From: the human T2T-CHM13v2.0 reference genome, Homo sapiens
Length of the DNA stretch: 64,000 nt
Direction: 5' to 3' (one strand)
NCBI RefSeq assembly: GCF_009914755.1
Contig: NC_060928.1
The notes below the pieces were generated by a model that was given only the letters and a program-made list of their open reading frames with translations, did not search any database and was not told where the DNA came from. Positions within the stretch are counted from its first letter, which is position 1; each line of letters starts with the position of its first letter. A program made the translations under genes and the position numbers. Below, in pieces: positions 38,159 through 51,746 of the stretch.

Positions 38159-38609
38159 CCAGCAAGTGAGTGATGTGTGTGTGCATGTGTTTGTGTGTGT
38201 CACATAGGTACTGACACTTTTCAAATTGACATTTTCAGTTTTGTAGAGTCCCCCATAGACATATTATATCATAGAGAGTGCTGTACATATTCTCACCAAA
38301 ACTGTTAGCTTTAACTAGAACTAATACCACCAAATGAGTAAATCGTAAGGTGGTTGTCAATGGTTAACACCAAAGTTGAATGAATGTGTCATTTCCAGGG
38401 TGACAAAAATAATCAAATCTGAGAAGGAGTTTTTAAGATTTTCAAGTAGTTAAAGACTTCATTTCTTGTATTCATTCATAAGCTTTTAAGGAATTCAGAG
38501 TTAAGTTAATCCTTTGCACCATTAGACAAGTTTTCACAGGAGATCTAGCAGTTTTCTGTGCATGAATACTGGGATGGCAGTAGTCTTTCGTATAAAAAAT
38601 TCTCTTTCA

Positions 38610-38740
38610 GGAGTCTGGTAGTCCATGTTCTACCTCATGTTCTGGTCCTTAGTTCTGTGATGTTGAGCACATCTCTTTATTATGTTAGATCATTTTTTCC
38701 CGAATCTGAAAAGGAAGACAAATAATGGCTTCCCAATTGC
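38610..38740 (+). mobile_element. MIR fragment
   Basis: Degenerate MIR core (tagttctgtgatgttgagca...tttcccgaatctgaaaagg...aataat). Confidence 0.45.
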
Positions 38741-38779
38741 CACTTATATTGCTACTCCAAGTTCAAATTGATACCATAC

Positions 38780-39501
<722 letters not shown>

Positions 39502-39926
39502 CATAGCAGAAAGCATGTTTAGACTATTCAATGCCAGAAAATCATACAGAATCATCTTCAGAATGTGAAAGAATGTATTGCATATATGTATATTATTACA
39601 TTTTTTAAGATTTCATATAATATGCACGAAGTTTCTATTTGGTTATAGTATCCTGCAATGTGACTTTCTCTTAGGTTCTTGTGAAGCTCCATAATAATGT
39701 TTCAGAAAAGGCTTAATTTTTAGCAAACTCTTAATTTTTATAAAAGTATTTTAGTATATTTTACAAACACATTTTCATAGAAAAAAATATGTGTCACTAG
39801 TAAATAGCCCAGGGAATAAACAACTTGAGTAATTATTTACCATATTGTTATAAAAATTTTTATTTCTTAGCAATAATGAGTTACCTACTCACATTGGGAT
39901 TTTCTTTACTAAAAAACTGATACAAA

Positions 39927-40138
39927 AATTTCCATGTGTTGTTTTGTGCTTTGTGTATTGAACGTTTCTGTGTGTGTGTGCGGTAAGAGGAGGTGATGAA
40001 TATGTTTAATGTCTTGATTGTGGTGATGGTATCACAGGTGTATGCATATGTCAAAACATATCAAAATGTATAAATTGTATAATTTGAATTTATGCAACTT
40101 TTTCTATATCAATTATAACTCAATAAAGATTTAAAAAG
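39927..40138 (+). mobile_element. Short L1MC-like 3' end
   Basis: ggaggtgatgaatatgttt...ttgattgtggtgatggtatcacaggtgtatgcatatgtc...tcaataaag. TSD aaaactg(a/g)tacaaa (39913-39926 / 40139-40152). Confidence 0.8.
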
Positions 40139-43085
40139 AAAACTGGTACAAATATGAAATACAAGTTTGATAGAGTTAATTTTTGATAGAGTCTGGAAGA
40201 CTCCACTATACAACATTTTAATTAAACTATATGCAAGGAAATTAAGTGATAGTAAAATAAAGTTTGGATTATATTTATTGATTGTAAATTACATGTTTCA
40301 GTTTTTAATTTAGAATAATTAAAATAAGTTATTCTATCAACCCAGTCAAAACCAGTGATATGAACAACATGTTACTCTAATTTTATGTATACATTGCTAC
40401 TATGTTTGAAATGGTAGAAAAATAAGTTTAGATGTTTTAGAGAAAAGATTTCTTAACAAAGTGAAATTTTGTTATATGTTATATTTTAAATGTTTAGAAG
40501 TTTAATAAAGATAGACTAGATGATGCAAATTTTTCAATAGCAATTAGGTTTTGAGGAAAAAAGGGACAATTATCAATTGCTAAGGTCTGCAACTGTAAGG
40601 ATTATAAGACTGTTAATGCTATTAATGGATAATATTTTTCAATAATAATTAAGAATCCTAAAAATACATGTCACATGAATTATTTACATTATATCCACAA
40701 GAATATTAGTGAGGCACCCATGTAATTGAGATCAGTATGAATCTCCATTTTAGTGAATTTGTTTCAGTTTTATTAGCAAGATGGTATTATTTTTCAACAT
40801 GGATCTATATTCCATTGATTAGTAGATTAAATAAAAAGGTTGTTGCTTTTCCCAAATGGATCCATGCTGAGACATGGTAAGCAAGATGATTAGACATAAC
40901 CCTGTGTACCAAACATGCATCCTGGGGAACTGCTATCACATGCAGCCATCACTGAACAATGAAAAGGTCACTTGCTTCGTTATGTGCTTTAGTGCCTGGC
41001 TAACATTCAAAGTTCACACATCAGACATTGAGTTGAAGTATTTATTTTCTCTGCAAAACAAAAAAAAGTTTTTGGAACTAGGGCTGAATGAGCAAAGCTC
41101 ATAATTGAAACAATTTTCTAGACTTTATTTTTATAGGCTATTAGTAATCATCTAACATAATTAATTACAACCTTTGAAGCATGGCCAGGACAAAAATATA
41201 GAATTACTTTGTCTGTTATTATCATGTGGAGGGGCATTTTCAGGTCAACAATCTAAATGCCTTGGAAAACAGTAGAAGAAGTGTTGTTTTATGAGCGATG
41301 AGAATATAATGTGATGTAAACAAGTTTTAACATGTTGAAAGTGGAATACCTGCATCTGAGGGGCAGGATTTACTAATGGAATATTTTCTCACTAATAATA
41401 TCTCCAAAGCCTGAATATTTCTGGGTGGTATGTAAGATGATCTTTCCAAAATAATATACCAAAATAACGTGTCAGAAAGAAGGGCAGGATTGTTCAAGAT
41501 GAACTGGTTATAGCTTTTATAATTCAGTACATGAAGAAAAAACATGTTATTTACAAAGACAGATGTGAATACACATTTGACTGAATGCACTGGAAGTTTT
41601 TAATAATTTACCATTACATATCGTGCTACAGTTTAGAGTCTAAATTTGTATTGGATTGCAGAGAATTGTTCTCCAGGCAGTCTTGCAACCATAAGACTCA
41701 GGTGGAAGGGACAATTGCTGGATGCAATTCCTGTGCTACTGTGTTAAAAGCATATTTAAAGTGTTGTTTGCCATGCGAAGGATTCTCCAAGATATAAAAC
41801 GGTGTTCACTACAAATACTTCTACATTTGTATGTTCAGTTGATATATTATTGTCCTACAGAACTTGTGACATATTTTAGTGTAAATGTACTATCAGTTAT
41901 CCCTGTGTCTTAACTATTGTCAATCTGAACTGAAAGTGGAGCAGATTTATTAGTAAAGCTACAGACCTCTCATGCAGCTGCTGATTCTATTTATGAGGTT
42001 CAATGCAGTTTTAGAAATGTAGCTGTAAGTGCACTTGTTGTTCTAATTCTTTATAATTTAATCTATCATTTCAGACTCATAATGTTCTCCCTCTCTGTCT
42101 CTCTTGTTTTTTTTTTTTTGTTTTTTTTTTTACCAGTGGTAATAACATTTATTTTACCAGTAGCTTTATTTAGTAATAATCACTCAAAGTTAAATAGCAT
42201 TATTATGCCTTGCCTCATGCTGTACTTTTGGAATCCTGCTACTGAGATAGAAATTAAGAGAGTTTTCATTCACTTGAGTGCAAGATTAGATCAATGGATA
42301 GAATGACATTACTTTTCTGCTCCATGATTTTTACCAATAAAAATCTCTGTCTCTCACTCTTAAAGTGTTTTTGGGATTCTTATGCTAAGAGCCTCTATTC
42401 TGGGGCAGAAAACAAAGACACTTTGTGTCCACTGTAGAAGTAAAATGAAGTTTTTGCAGTAATTGGTGGTTCCTTTATAAAACAAAAATTGGGTGAGAAT
42501 GAGTAAAAATAACTGAGGGCTCAAAAAAAAAAAATTCCAAATGGAAGCTCATAGTAGCAGCTTCACCCTGCTGTTTTATGATCATTCGAACATGATTTTC
42601 CTAAATGCAAAGATTATTTTGTTGCTTTGTTCTCTCATCCTTTCTTAAGGCTAGAAAAGGATGTGGCTGTGGTATCATTCAGTAACAGGGTCAGAGAAGA
42701 GTGAGACATCAGACAGTTGGGAACTATTAGCGGAAAAAGATGAGAGTTCAATATGCTCAAACAGTAGAAGTAGTTTTATGGACTGCCATGTAATGCGGGG
42801 GGTAAGAATAGCTCAACTTCTCACTCTAAAAGAACAAAAGTCATTAGCATTTCCACTGACCCACTATGTAACTACCAGTCCATCCATCCATTTATCCTTA
42901 TATCAAGTGATAATGATTTTTGTTATACTGTTTTCTTGCTCTTTACATGCTTAAAGAGCAATTTACTCTTTAAATGCTCAAATAACTTTTCTATTATATT
43001 GATGAATAGTATTGGAATATGAGGACTTTTTAACACTTTCCAAGACTTTCCATTAAGACATAGGCTATTATAATTTAATATAAAT

Positions 43086-43292
43086 TAAAACTACATTAAA
43101 TAAAATACTTTGACATTATTTTATATTTAAAGCTTCATTTTATTACCCAGAACAAAATAATAAAAGACATAAATTAATCGTTTTTTAATGCTTATTTTTA
43201 AGGTTTAGTTTTTTAAGGTGTATTTACATAATAATAACTAGTGATTTTAAACATGTTATGGTACCTTTATTGATTCCATGCTTTGTTGTTGA
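43086..43292 (+). repeat. Direct repeat copy 1 (~207 bp)
   Basis: About 90% identical by hand alignment to 44195-44400, including the exact block tatttaaagcttcattttattacccagaacaaa. Confidence 0.95.
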
Positions 43293-43527
43293 TCTCAGAT
43301 TACTTGATCAGTTTTATCTGCAGGAAAAAAATCTTTAATAATTAAAGGCAAATGAATTGGCCAGAGAAAGACCTGAATTTGAGCATTGCTATTTCAATGT
43401 GTTGTCTTTATTTGGGATGCAATGTTCACAAACATAACCAATCTAATACATATCAGAGTGTTTCTGTCAACTGTGTTACAACTGCCACCCTGCAATAATA
43501 TCTACATTTTATATTAGAGAGAAAATA

Positions 43528-44050
43528 ATGCATTACCATCTTTTTTTGCACATTGCCATATTCTTTCTTCCAGTACATTTTTATGCCAGAAATCCTTAAA
43601 GGTGAGTTTTCTTATTCTATCTTTTGGCTCTGATTATGCTTAAAAATCAAAAAAATTTGAATTGCTACATCAATTTTTTTAACTGTACTTGTCTATAGCC
43701 TATTCTGACAACACTGTGTAACTATTGTTGTTTTAAGGATCCTGAAAAAGCCTAAAGCAAGCTCGTCTCTCAGTTGGACACAATCAGAAGTTGGAAAGGG
43801 GGCATTTCAAAGGCATAAACTACATCCCTTTGTGGAATATGTAACTGATATACAAAAGTTTCGGTTTATACGCCAGTAACTAAGGTAGTTTACTCCACCA
43901 GCTGTGGTACTTTTTCCTGGTCAGATTGGAGGTTCTTTGCTATTACTTGCCACAATTGTAACTATATAGAAGTGGTGCATTATTTGCTAATCGTCTGTTT
44001 TCCTGACAAAAAAACGTACTGGATCTGCTTCGTTCAGAAACTATCCTTAG
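43528..44050 (+). pseudogene. Possible decayed two-exon gene for a small signal-peptide/TM protein (speculative)
   Basis: ATG at 43528 (A at -3) gives MHYHLFLHIAIFFLPVHFYA. Perfect donor AAG|gtgagt at 43601/43602 and acceptor ttttaag| at 43737. The spliced frame continues to a hydrophobic stretch IGGSLLLLATIVTI but has five in-frame stops. Confidence 0.15.
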
Positions 44051-44194
44051 TATATAAAAGAGTAGCTGGCAATTAGTAGCAGCTTTAAGAATTTTTGAAT
44101 TAGTGATTGTATCTTTGACACCTGACTTCATAATGAGCTCATGGTGGCCTTCCAGGGTAAATATGATAGAGTGCTGAATTTTTAATTATGGAAA

Positions 44195-44400
44195 TAAAAC
44201 TACGTTAACTAAAACACTTTGACACTATTTCGTATTTAAAGCTTCATTTTATTACCCAGAACAAACTGATAAAAGACATAAATTAATAGTTTTTAATGTT
44301 TATTTTTAAGGTTTAGTTTTTAGATGTGGATTTATATAATAATAACTAATGATTTTAAACAGGTTATGGTATCTTTATTGATTCCATACTTTGGTGTTGA
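44195..44400 (+). repeat. Direct repeat copy 2 (~206 bp)
   Basis: Matches 43086-43292. Homology stops abruptly at both ends. Confidence 0.95.
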
Positions 44401-44879
44401 CTTGCTTTTACTCTGCATTTCTTACTATTGGGTTAATTAATTTATAATTTAGCTATATGAAAAATTTAAATATCAATACATTTAATAAGAAAAGAAAATA
44501 CCTTCTACTTATTTTATTTCTGAGATTCTAATTATGTTTAAAACAGGTTAACTTGTTTCAACTTGGAGTCTAAATGTATACCTTAAGACGTGAGAATGTT
44601 TAGACACCAGTTTAATGATATTCTATAATTTTCATGTAACTATTTATTTTAATTTTGAAATAAATATATAAATTTATATTTATTATTAAGACAATTTAGT
44701 TTCTTGAATGTGTTTTCTTTTGTCTTCCATTCTTTGCCTTTGACATATTTAATATATTTCACTTAATATTTAGCAATAAAATAATTATGACAGTTTGATG
44801 AAAGACACGTAAGTTGCAAAATCAAACCATTAAGAAGAGTTATATTGTGCCCTATAATGCATAACATCAATAGGACAGA

Positions 44880-45199
44880 TGTAATGGTTAATTTTCTGGG
44901 TCAACTTGGCTGGACTATGGTACCCAGATTTTTGGTCAAACACTATTCTGGATGTTTCTTTGAGGGTTTTTTTTGGATGAGATTAACATTTAATTCAGTG
45001 GATTTTGAGTAGAGCAGATTTCCATCCATCATATGGGTAAACCTCATCCAATAAGTTGAAGGCCTTCCTTTCCCCCAACTCCAAGCCAGAAAGAACTCTT
45101 AAAAATATATCTCTGTCTCTCTGTCTCTCTGTCTGTCTCTCTCTCTCTCTCCTTCATATGCTGTTGGTTCTGTGTCTCTGGAGAACTCTGACTACCACA
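44880..45199 (+). mobile_element. MLT2 (C/D-like) solo LTR, internally deleted, with a (TC)n tract
   Basis: tgtaatggttaattttctgggtcaacttggc...ggttctgtgtctctggagaactctgactaccaca. Perfect TSD acaga. Confidence 0.85.
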
Positions 45200-45359
45200 A
45201 CAGACTTTATTCATATACTCTGTCAAGCAGGTATATCTAGCAGTTCAATAGTTGAATACTGTGTTTGGCTCTATGGTCTATTCTATTATTATTTTATTCC
45301 ACCACTGTCAATTCTATTCCTATTTTGTATTTTTATATGAACTAGAATTAACACTATTC

Positions 45360-45657
45360 TTTTGTTTTGTTTTGCTTTGTTTTGAGACACGGTCTTGCTC
45401 TGTCATCCAGGCTGGAAAGCAATCATAGCTCACTGCAGCCCTGATCTCCCGGGCTCCAGCTATCCTACTGCCTTAGCCTCCCGAGTAGCTGCAACTACAG
45501 GCATTCGCTAGCATGCCTGGCTAATTATTTTATTTTTTGTAAAGATGAGGTCTCACTTTGTTGCCTAAGTTGGTCTCGAACATGTGGGCTCAAAAAACCC
45601 TCCTACCTCAGCCTCCCAAAGTGCTGAGATTACAGGCATGAACCACCATGCCTGCCC
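45360..45657 (-). mobile_element. AluJ
   Basis: Reverse Alu with J diagnostics (atcatagctcactgcagcc, gggctcaa...cctcc) and a (TTTTG)n tail. Confidence 0.9.
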
Positions 45658-48489
45658 CAAATTAACCATATTGGAAAATTCTAGCGGGTTTTTGAGGACA
45701 CTAAATATATAAATCTATGAATCACTTATGTATGATAATCTCAGGATTTTGAACTAACACTATGTAGGTTACCAGTATCTTATTATAACCACTTGTTTTT
45801 ATATTTCTTTTTAAAGAAGTGTACTGTACTGTTTAAAGGAGTGCCACAATGATTATGTAATTGCATAAATATGTAATTGCTTATCACATACTTATTACAT
45901 AATGCTGTATCCTTGCTGCCTATCTTCTAACCCTGGTAGTTCCCAAGACATCTTTATTGAACCCTTTTGATTCTAGCACCATAGTCTAAAAAGCATTCAC
46001 TGGGGAATGGTTCTATTTTTTCTCTTATTTCTGTGTTGTAACTGCAGCTGCTATTGCTTTTAGGATGTCCAGTGTAATATCATATTTGCTGTTTTAAGTG
46101 TCTTACATATAAGCCTTGCAATAACAAGTGCTCAATAAACATTTTTATAAGCTGTTCGAGTTCAGCTATAATTTCTAATGGTATGTTCTGTCTGCTAGTC
46201 ATGTGACCATCCATAAAAGACAAGTATATTGATCTAACTTAAAGTAGAAACAATCACAAGTAGAATTTTTTAAAAAAGAAACTAGCAAATTAATGGAGGA
46301 AAAGGGCTTCGGAAAAGTGAAGAGGGCTAGAATTGTCTAAAATGTTAATTTAAATACACAAGAAATATTAGGTAAGCTGGGCTATAATATAGCACAGTTA
46401 TTTAAACTAGTATAAATTATATATGTTTTTCTAACATATCTGCCTTATAAGTCTGTAGCTTTTAACTCCAAATGTCATTTTTATTTTACTTTATTTAGTT
46501 ATATATTCATTCAGTTATACCTATTTTCCAAGCTGTTTCAGAATGAGAATGTAGCTGTTTGCACTGGTGTGAATTTTATGATAATATGTTCCTCGGTGTG
46601 CTATATAAGGGAGTTTGGATTCTTCAATAATTTAGAAGAAGACTGTACTTAGGATTCATTTGTATTTGATATGAATGCCAATTTTTAATTGAAATAATCT
46701 AATATTCTATCATTGATGATGTAGAGACCAATATAAGCAGCAGTGGATGATTTTTCAATTGTAAAATATTTATCATGCTTCAAAGATTAGATTCTTATAA
46801 TACTTAATAACAGGATGACAGGATATATTGGCATATTTTTAACCATAGGAAGATACATAGTTTCTTGATGTAAGCATTGATTCTCACTTTAGCCTTAGCC
46901 ACTATGTATACTTGAGTCAATGAATCTTAATATTGACCTTAATAGTAATCAATTTCTACTTCACATTGGTAAAGTCATAAATCATAGCTATATGACATTC
47001 TGGTGTTACTGTTTTCTAATTTCCCATGACATTTTCAGATCAATACCTCACTATTTACTAAATGAAGAAAACAGTTTATTCTGATAACTCATTTGTAGAA
47101 CATAGCACTTTAAAATTAGCAAGCTGATATTTTAACTTTTATAATTTCTAAAAGGCATCGCAAGATAGAACATGATCAAGGGAACTCACACTCCTGACAC
47201 CTTTGAATCTTAAATAACTTGATTTATAATTGATGATTGATGCACATTTTTATTTCTGTGTGAAAGCTACATAAACAAATAGGTAGTTACATTATTTTAT
47301 TCAGAGACATGCCACTTAAAGCAATATTAGAAATGCAAAATACTTGAAATTGAATTAAGCAATTTAATCTGAGCCATAAAATTAGTTGCTGGAATGCAAA
47401 GTTAGAAGATAATTGCCAGATTTCAGCATCAGTATGTACCATTCTCTAAAACTTTAGAAGTGTTATGACAGTATTTAAAATATAAAAAGCTGCACCTAGA
47501 TAAAATTGACTCATCAAAAGAAACATACAGCAAAGAGACTACAGAATGCGCCTGGAAAATTAACAAGGCCTGGTGCTCTCCGCCTAAATCATTGTTACAC
47601 ACTAATTAGTGCTGTACTCTGATTTGAGGCTTTAAATTTGTTCCTTTGAAGATTTTCTTAAAATTGTATTCAAAGGAAAGGCTCTTCTTTAATAAAACTG
47701 TATAATTCTTCATTCACTTGGGAAACATAGCTTCCCAGCATAATGCTGCTGAAAATCAGGTGCTGACTTCTAACAGAGGTGCTAATTATTAACATTCCAG
47801 CATCAGCAAAATGCTGCATTCTCTAAGACTGACATAAATAATATGCACAAATATTTCTCCTCTATTCCAATAAGTACTTGAAAAATTCAATAATGTTCAT
47901 TAAATACATAAATGTGAGAATACTAAAACTAAAGATTTTTCCCCTGTGACTTGTTATGTACTGTCTGAAATGCAAAGCTGAAAGAAGGCATCATTATATG
48001 GCATAAAAAGAAATTATTTGGCTGTTAATTATAATGTAAATTTATCATTATAGCAGGGGAAAAGAGTGACATCATATTTAAAATCATCAGACATAGCTTG
48101 GTCACTCAAAGTATAGATGCATTAACCTTCAATAATTTTTACAGTACAATGTGGACAAGGATAATATAAAATGATGAGATGCCTTAAAATGACTTACAAG
48201 AAAATTCTTGTAATGATCTGTTATAAATGGAAGATTGACAGAAGAAAAAAAGGTATTTTACATTGTTTCTGGAAGATACAGTAGTTAGCAGGAAAATTTA
48301 CGCAGACTTTAGTGCCACACAATCTGTAAAGTGCCTTATTTAGTACTGTCTTTTTCTCTATCAGTTTTACAGTGACACTGAATTAATCTACAGTCCCACT
48401 CCTAAGTGCAGAAAGTTAACATTGTTGTGTTTGTAAAGAAGACCTTGAGCTGAGATTTAAAGTGATAAAGTTGTTGAAGCATCAACTCT

Positions 48490-48560
48490 CTCGGTATGTC
48501 CTTGGGAAATTATCTGATCCTCTCTGCCACTCAGTTTCCTCATCTGTGCAGAGAGTTGTT
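48490..48560 (+). mobile_element. MIR core fragment
   Basis: tgtccttgggaaattatctgatcctctctgccactcagtttcctcatctgt. Confidence 0.7.
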
Positions 48561-48611
48561 TAAGCTAAATGATCACAAGGCAGATTTCACCCTGAAAAGA
48601 TGGACAGCAGC

Positions 48612-49133
48612 AGGTTTGTTGGGTAATTTTGCATTTCGTCAGTTTAGGCTGAAAATATCCGATACTTCCCAGAGTCTCCTTCCTTGTGTGGTTTTACGTA
48701 AAAATTGGCTGTAAGAGATATTCTTCTGAGACTGAGGAGAAGATGAAACGAAAACCACCGCATTTTGAAAGTACTTATCGTCTAAGGCAGTGAGAAGAAA
48801 CAGGTGCAGTTGCAATTTGTTCTCTTTTCCTTGCTCCATGACCAGTTCTCCTCAGCTATTTCTGGCCCTGTGGACCAACTAGATACTTAGCTATAAACTC
48901 AGAGATAGCAGCAACAAAGAACTAACAATACTCACCTGCTTCGTGGTTCTGCTCTAGCAGCGTCCTGCAAGCTCTGACTTTTACATCCACACAGGGATGT
49001 TTAATGATCTTTTTTTCCCATTTCCTTATTTTCTAATTCTTCAGTTTCTCCTTAAATGGTGTAAGACTTAATTTCTATGATAGTGATTTTTACACATAGT
49101 GGTCTTGCTTTCCTAATGGAACCCTAGCTGATA
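48612..49133 (+). mobile_element. Old ERVL solo LTR (LTR52/LTR50-like)
   Basis: gggtaattttgc...ttcccagagtctccttccttgtgtggtt ... gtggtcttgctttcctaatggaaccctagctgata (ERVL-type 3' end). The family call is from memory. Confidence 0.5.
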
Positions 49134-50719
49134 TGACTGATGAATGCATGCACTGGGGCTACCATATTTAATATGTTTCACAGATCATGTATATGTAGCC
49201 ATTGAAAAGAAAATAAAGGACTGAGTGTTTTTTAATTTTATAAATACCAAAGAGTTATTTTTAAAATGCTGAATTCTTAGGTATATTTAATGTTCAAAGT
49301 AGTATTAAATCCATCTACTTCAGGTTTTACATCATTTCAGTTTTCTGAACTTTGCCTTGTCTTTGAAATTCTATTCAAATTTTACTGGTCAATATGTTAA
49401 AGAAAACTTTGAAATAAACTTGAATTCGATATTTACATAAGCTCACTACGGATACAGAAAAACTTTGAATAAAAATAAATATAGTGAAAGTATATTAATC
49501 CTGAAATGACTATATTTAGGATAGTATCATCGTTTCTATGAGATGAAATCGTTGAGGAATTAAAGATTCTCTTGGTTTATAAACTCCAAGTGAGCATTTT
49601 TTTATTATATTCAACATTATTTCCCAAAAGCATTGTTTCATGTTTCTTTTCAAGAAATCTAGTTGATGGTTTTAGAAGCATTCATTCAAACCTTCCCAAA
49701 TTTTACTTCCTGTTTTCTTTCTTCAAAGTGTCTGTGTGCAATTCATTCATGAGAAAAATGTAATGGGATTCACTAGGGTATTTCCCAGGAATATTGCTAA
49801 CTATCAAAAGTTGGAGACTTGTGGAAGCTAATAGAATCGGCAGGATTATACACACACACCAGTTTTTGTGCTTGCCTTAACCATATATTTCCATGTATGT
49901 TTTTTTAAAAATCTAAAGCTGTTATCTATTTAGGAATTTTGACTTTCAGAGGAACTCAAGCTCATGAGGGAAAATTTCTCAGAGACAGTGTGGATAAACA
50001 TAAATCCTGCAATGTCTGAAAATTGAGTTCACAGTTAAGGTCCTGGAAAATGTGAGGAAGTCAAAAAAAATACAACCAGCAGACCCTCCACAAAGGCAGT
50101 GGGGCAAGATGAGAAATGGAGGCTGTTCATCATTTACCACCATAAATTACATGAAAGTTATGGAAAAAAAATTATAGGTGATTAAGACATTCTCAGCTTT
50201 ATCCTGTCTCCTACAATGTTTATATTTTTGTTTCACTTTTTCTCAATTAAGCAGCAGATTATTCCAGGAGTACTAAAAAAAATGAGATAAACTAGAACTC
50301 CTCCCTTAGAATAATATGCTAAATTCATGTCCTGCATTTATTGTTGCCAATAATCTTGTTTTTTATTAATGGGAGCTAAAGTGAGAGGAAAACAAGCTGA
50401 AGGGGGAAGGGGAAAACATAATGCAAATGTTTTCCCCGGTATTTATGTCAAAAAAATGTCAATTTTTATGACTTTGAGCCAAGTCAGGGTAAGTTAGAAA
50501 ATATTTTAATAAAGCTAAGTCTAAGCTAGAACTTTGTTTTACAGACAAGAGAAGAAAATTTTACATATAAGTTTTCCAACTCAGTTGTATTATCTAACAA
50601 ATAGCTAACAAAGTCACAGGGAAGGAGATGTCATTTTCAGGAGAAAATTAGGAGCCCGAAGTGAGCAGCTATGTGGTATTGCTGTTTGTTTTCTGTAAAA
50701 GGGCTGGGAAAATAAGCAT

Positions 50720-51746
50720 TGTATCAGTGAGAATTAGCTTTGACTACAAGTGGTCAAAACACAATAGCAGCAGTATAAGGAAAATATAAATATTTCTTCC
50801 TTGTATAAAAGAAACCCAAATTTCAGCGGTCCATGGCTGGTCCCATACGTTATTTTGTGGTTTCATAAATTTGTCAGTGTGGTAGGAAGAATTCTACTAC
50901 TGGCTATGAGATTCCTGCTACCTAGTGTACATGCCATGTATAATCCTGTTATCTAGGCAAAAATGGTGATGTCATTGTAACTTATAGAATAAGCAAAGGA
51001 AAAGGGGTTTTGCAGATGTAATTTGGGTCTCTAATATCTTGATTTCAAGTTATCAAAAGAGAACGTATCCTTTGTAGGTCTTAATTAGCCGAGCTATTTT
51101 TAAAAAGATTCTAGGCTTTCCCTTAGTTAGACACCTGAAACAGTAGGGACTTTTCATGGCTTTTTGGCCATGAAAGAGTAAACTGCCATGTTGTGGAGAA
51201 GGGTACAAGATGATGAGCAGTCTCCAGCAGCAGAGCACTTCAGCTTTGCAACTGCTAGGAACTGAATCCTGTCTACAACCACAAGAGCTTGGAAAAGGAC
51301 CCTGAGCATTAGATGAGACCATAGCTACAGTCAACATCTTGATTAGTTTCATGAGAACCTCAACACAGGCCCAGCCTAAATCATTTCCTAACTCCCAACC
51401 TCAGAAACTGTGAGATAATAAATCGTTTCTACTTCGTGATCCCAGACAATTCCTTGAACTTTCCCCCCATATCTCTTATGTAAAATGTAACAGGAAGGAA
51501 GGATTAAATAAGAAGGAGAAGGAAAAGAAGAAGAAGGAGAAGGAGGAGAAGGGAAACAAAAGACAGTGCCTCCTTTTAAGAACACTTCCTAAATTTTACA
51601 CACAATAACTGCTTTATATTACTAGCTAGAACATGGCCACATGACCATTGAGCTTCAGGTTGCTTTGCTCTGGGTAGTTATTGAGAGCTCCATTACTGAG
51701 AAAGAATGTGAGAATAGATACCAGGAGAAAGCCTGACTCTACCACA
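50720..51746 (-). mobile_element. MLT1J/K-like MaLR LTR split by an MLT1E insertion
   Basis: tgtatcagtgagaattagctttgactacaagt at the left and gctagaacatggccacatgacca...gaatagatacc...ctaccaca at the right. Confidence 0.55.
50878..51440 (+). mobile_element. MLT1E-like MaLR LTR
   Basis: tgtggtaggaagaattcta...ttttgcagatgtaatt...aggaactgaatcctg...cagaaactgtgagataataaa. Confidence 0.8.

Noticed and set aside
41585-41913. Overlapping Cys-rich ORFs / possible exon after ttgcag at ~41660
   Set aside because: Poor acceptor, no convincing donor and no recognisable peptide.
43880-44000. Resemblance of GQIGGSLLLLATIVTI(I)EVVHYLL to a DEG/ENaC/ASIC TM2 helix
   Set aside because: It needs a frameshift, lacks the GAS/GLF motif and has no other channel exons nearby. 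The similarity is too weak to claim.
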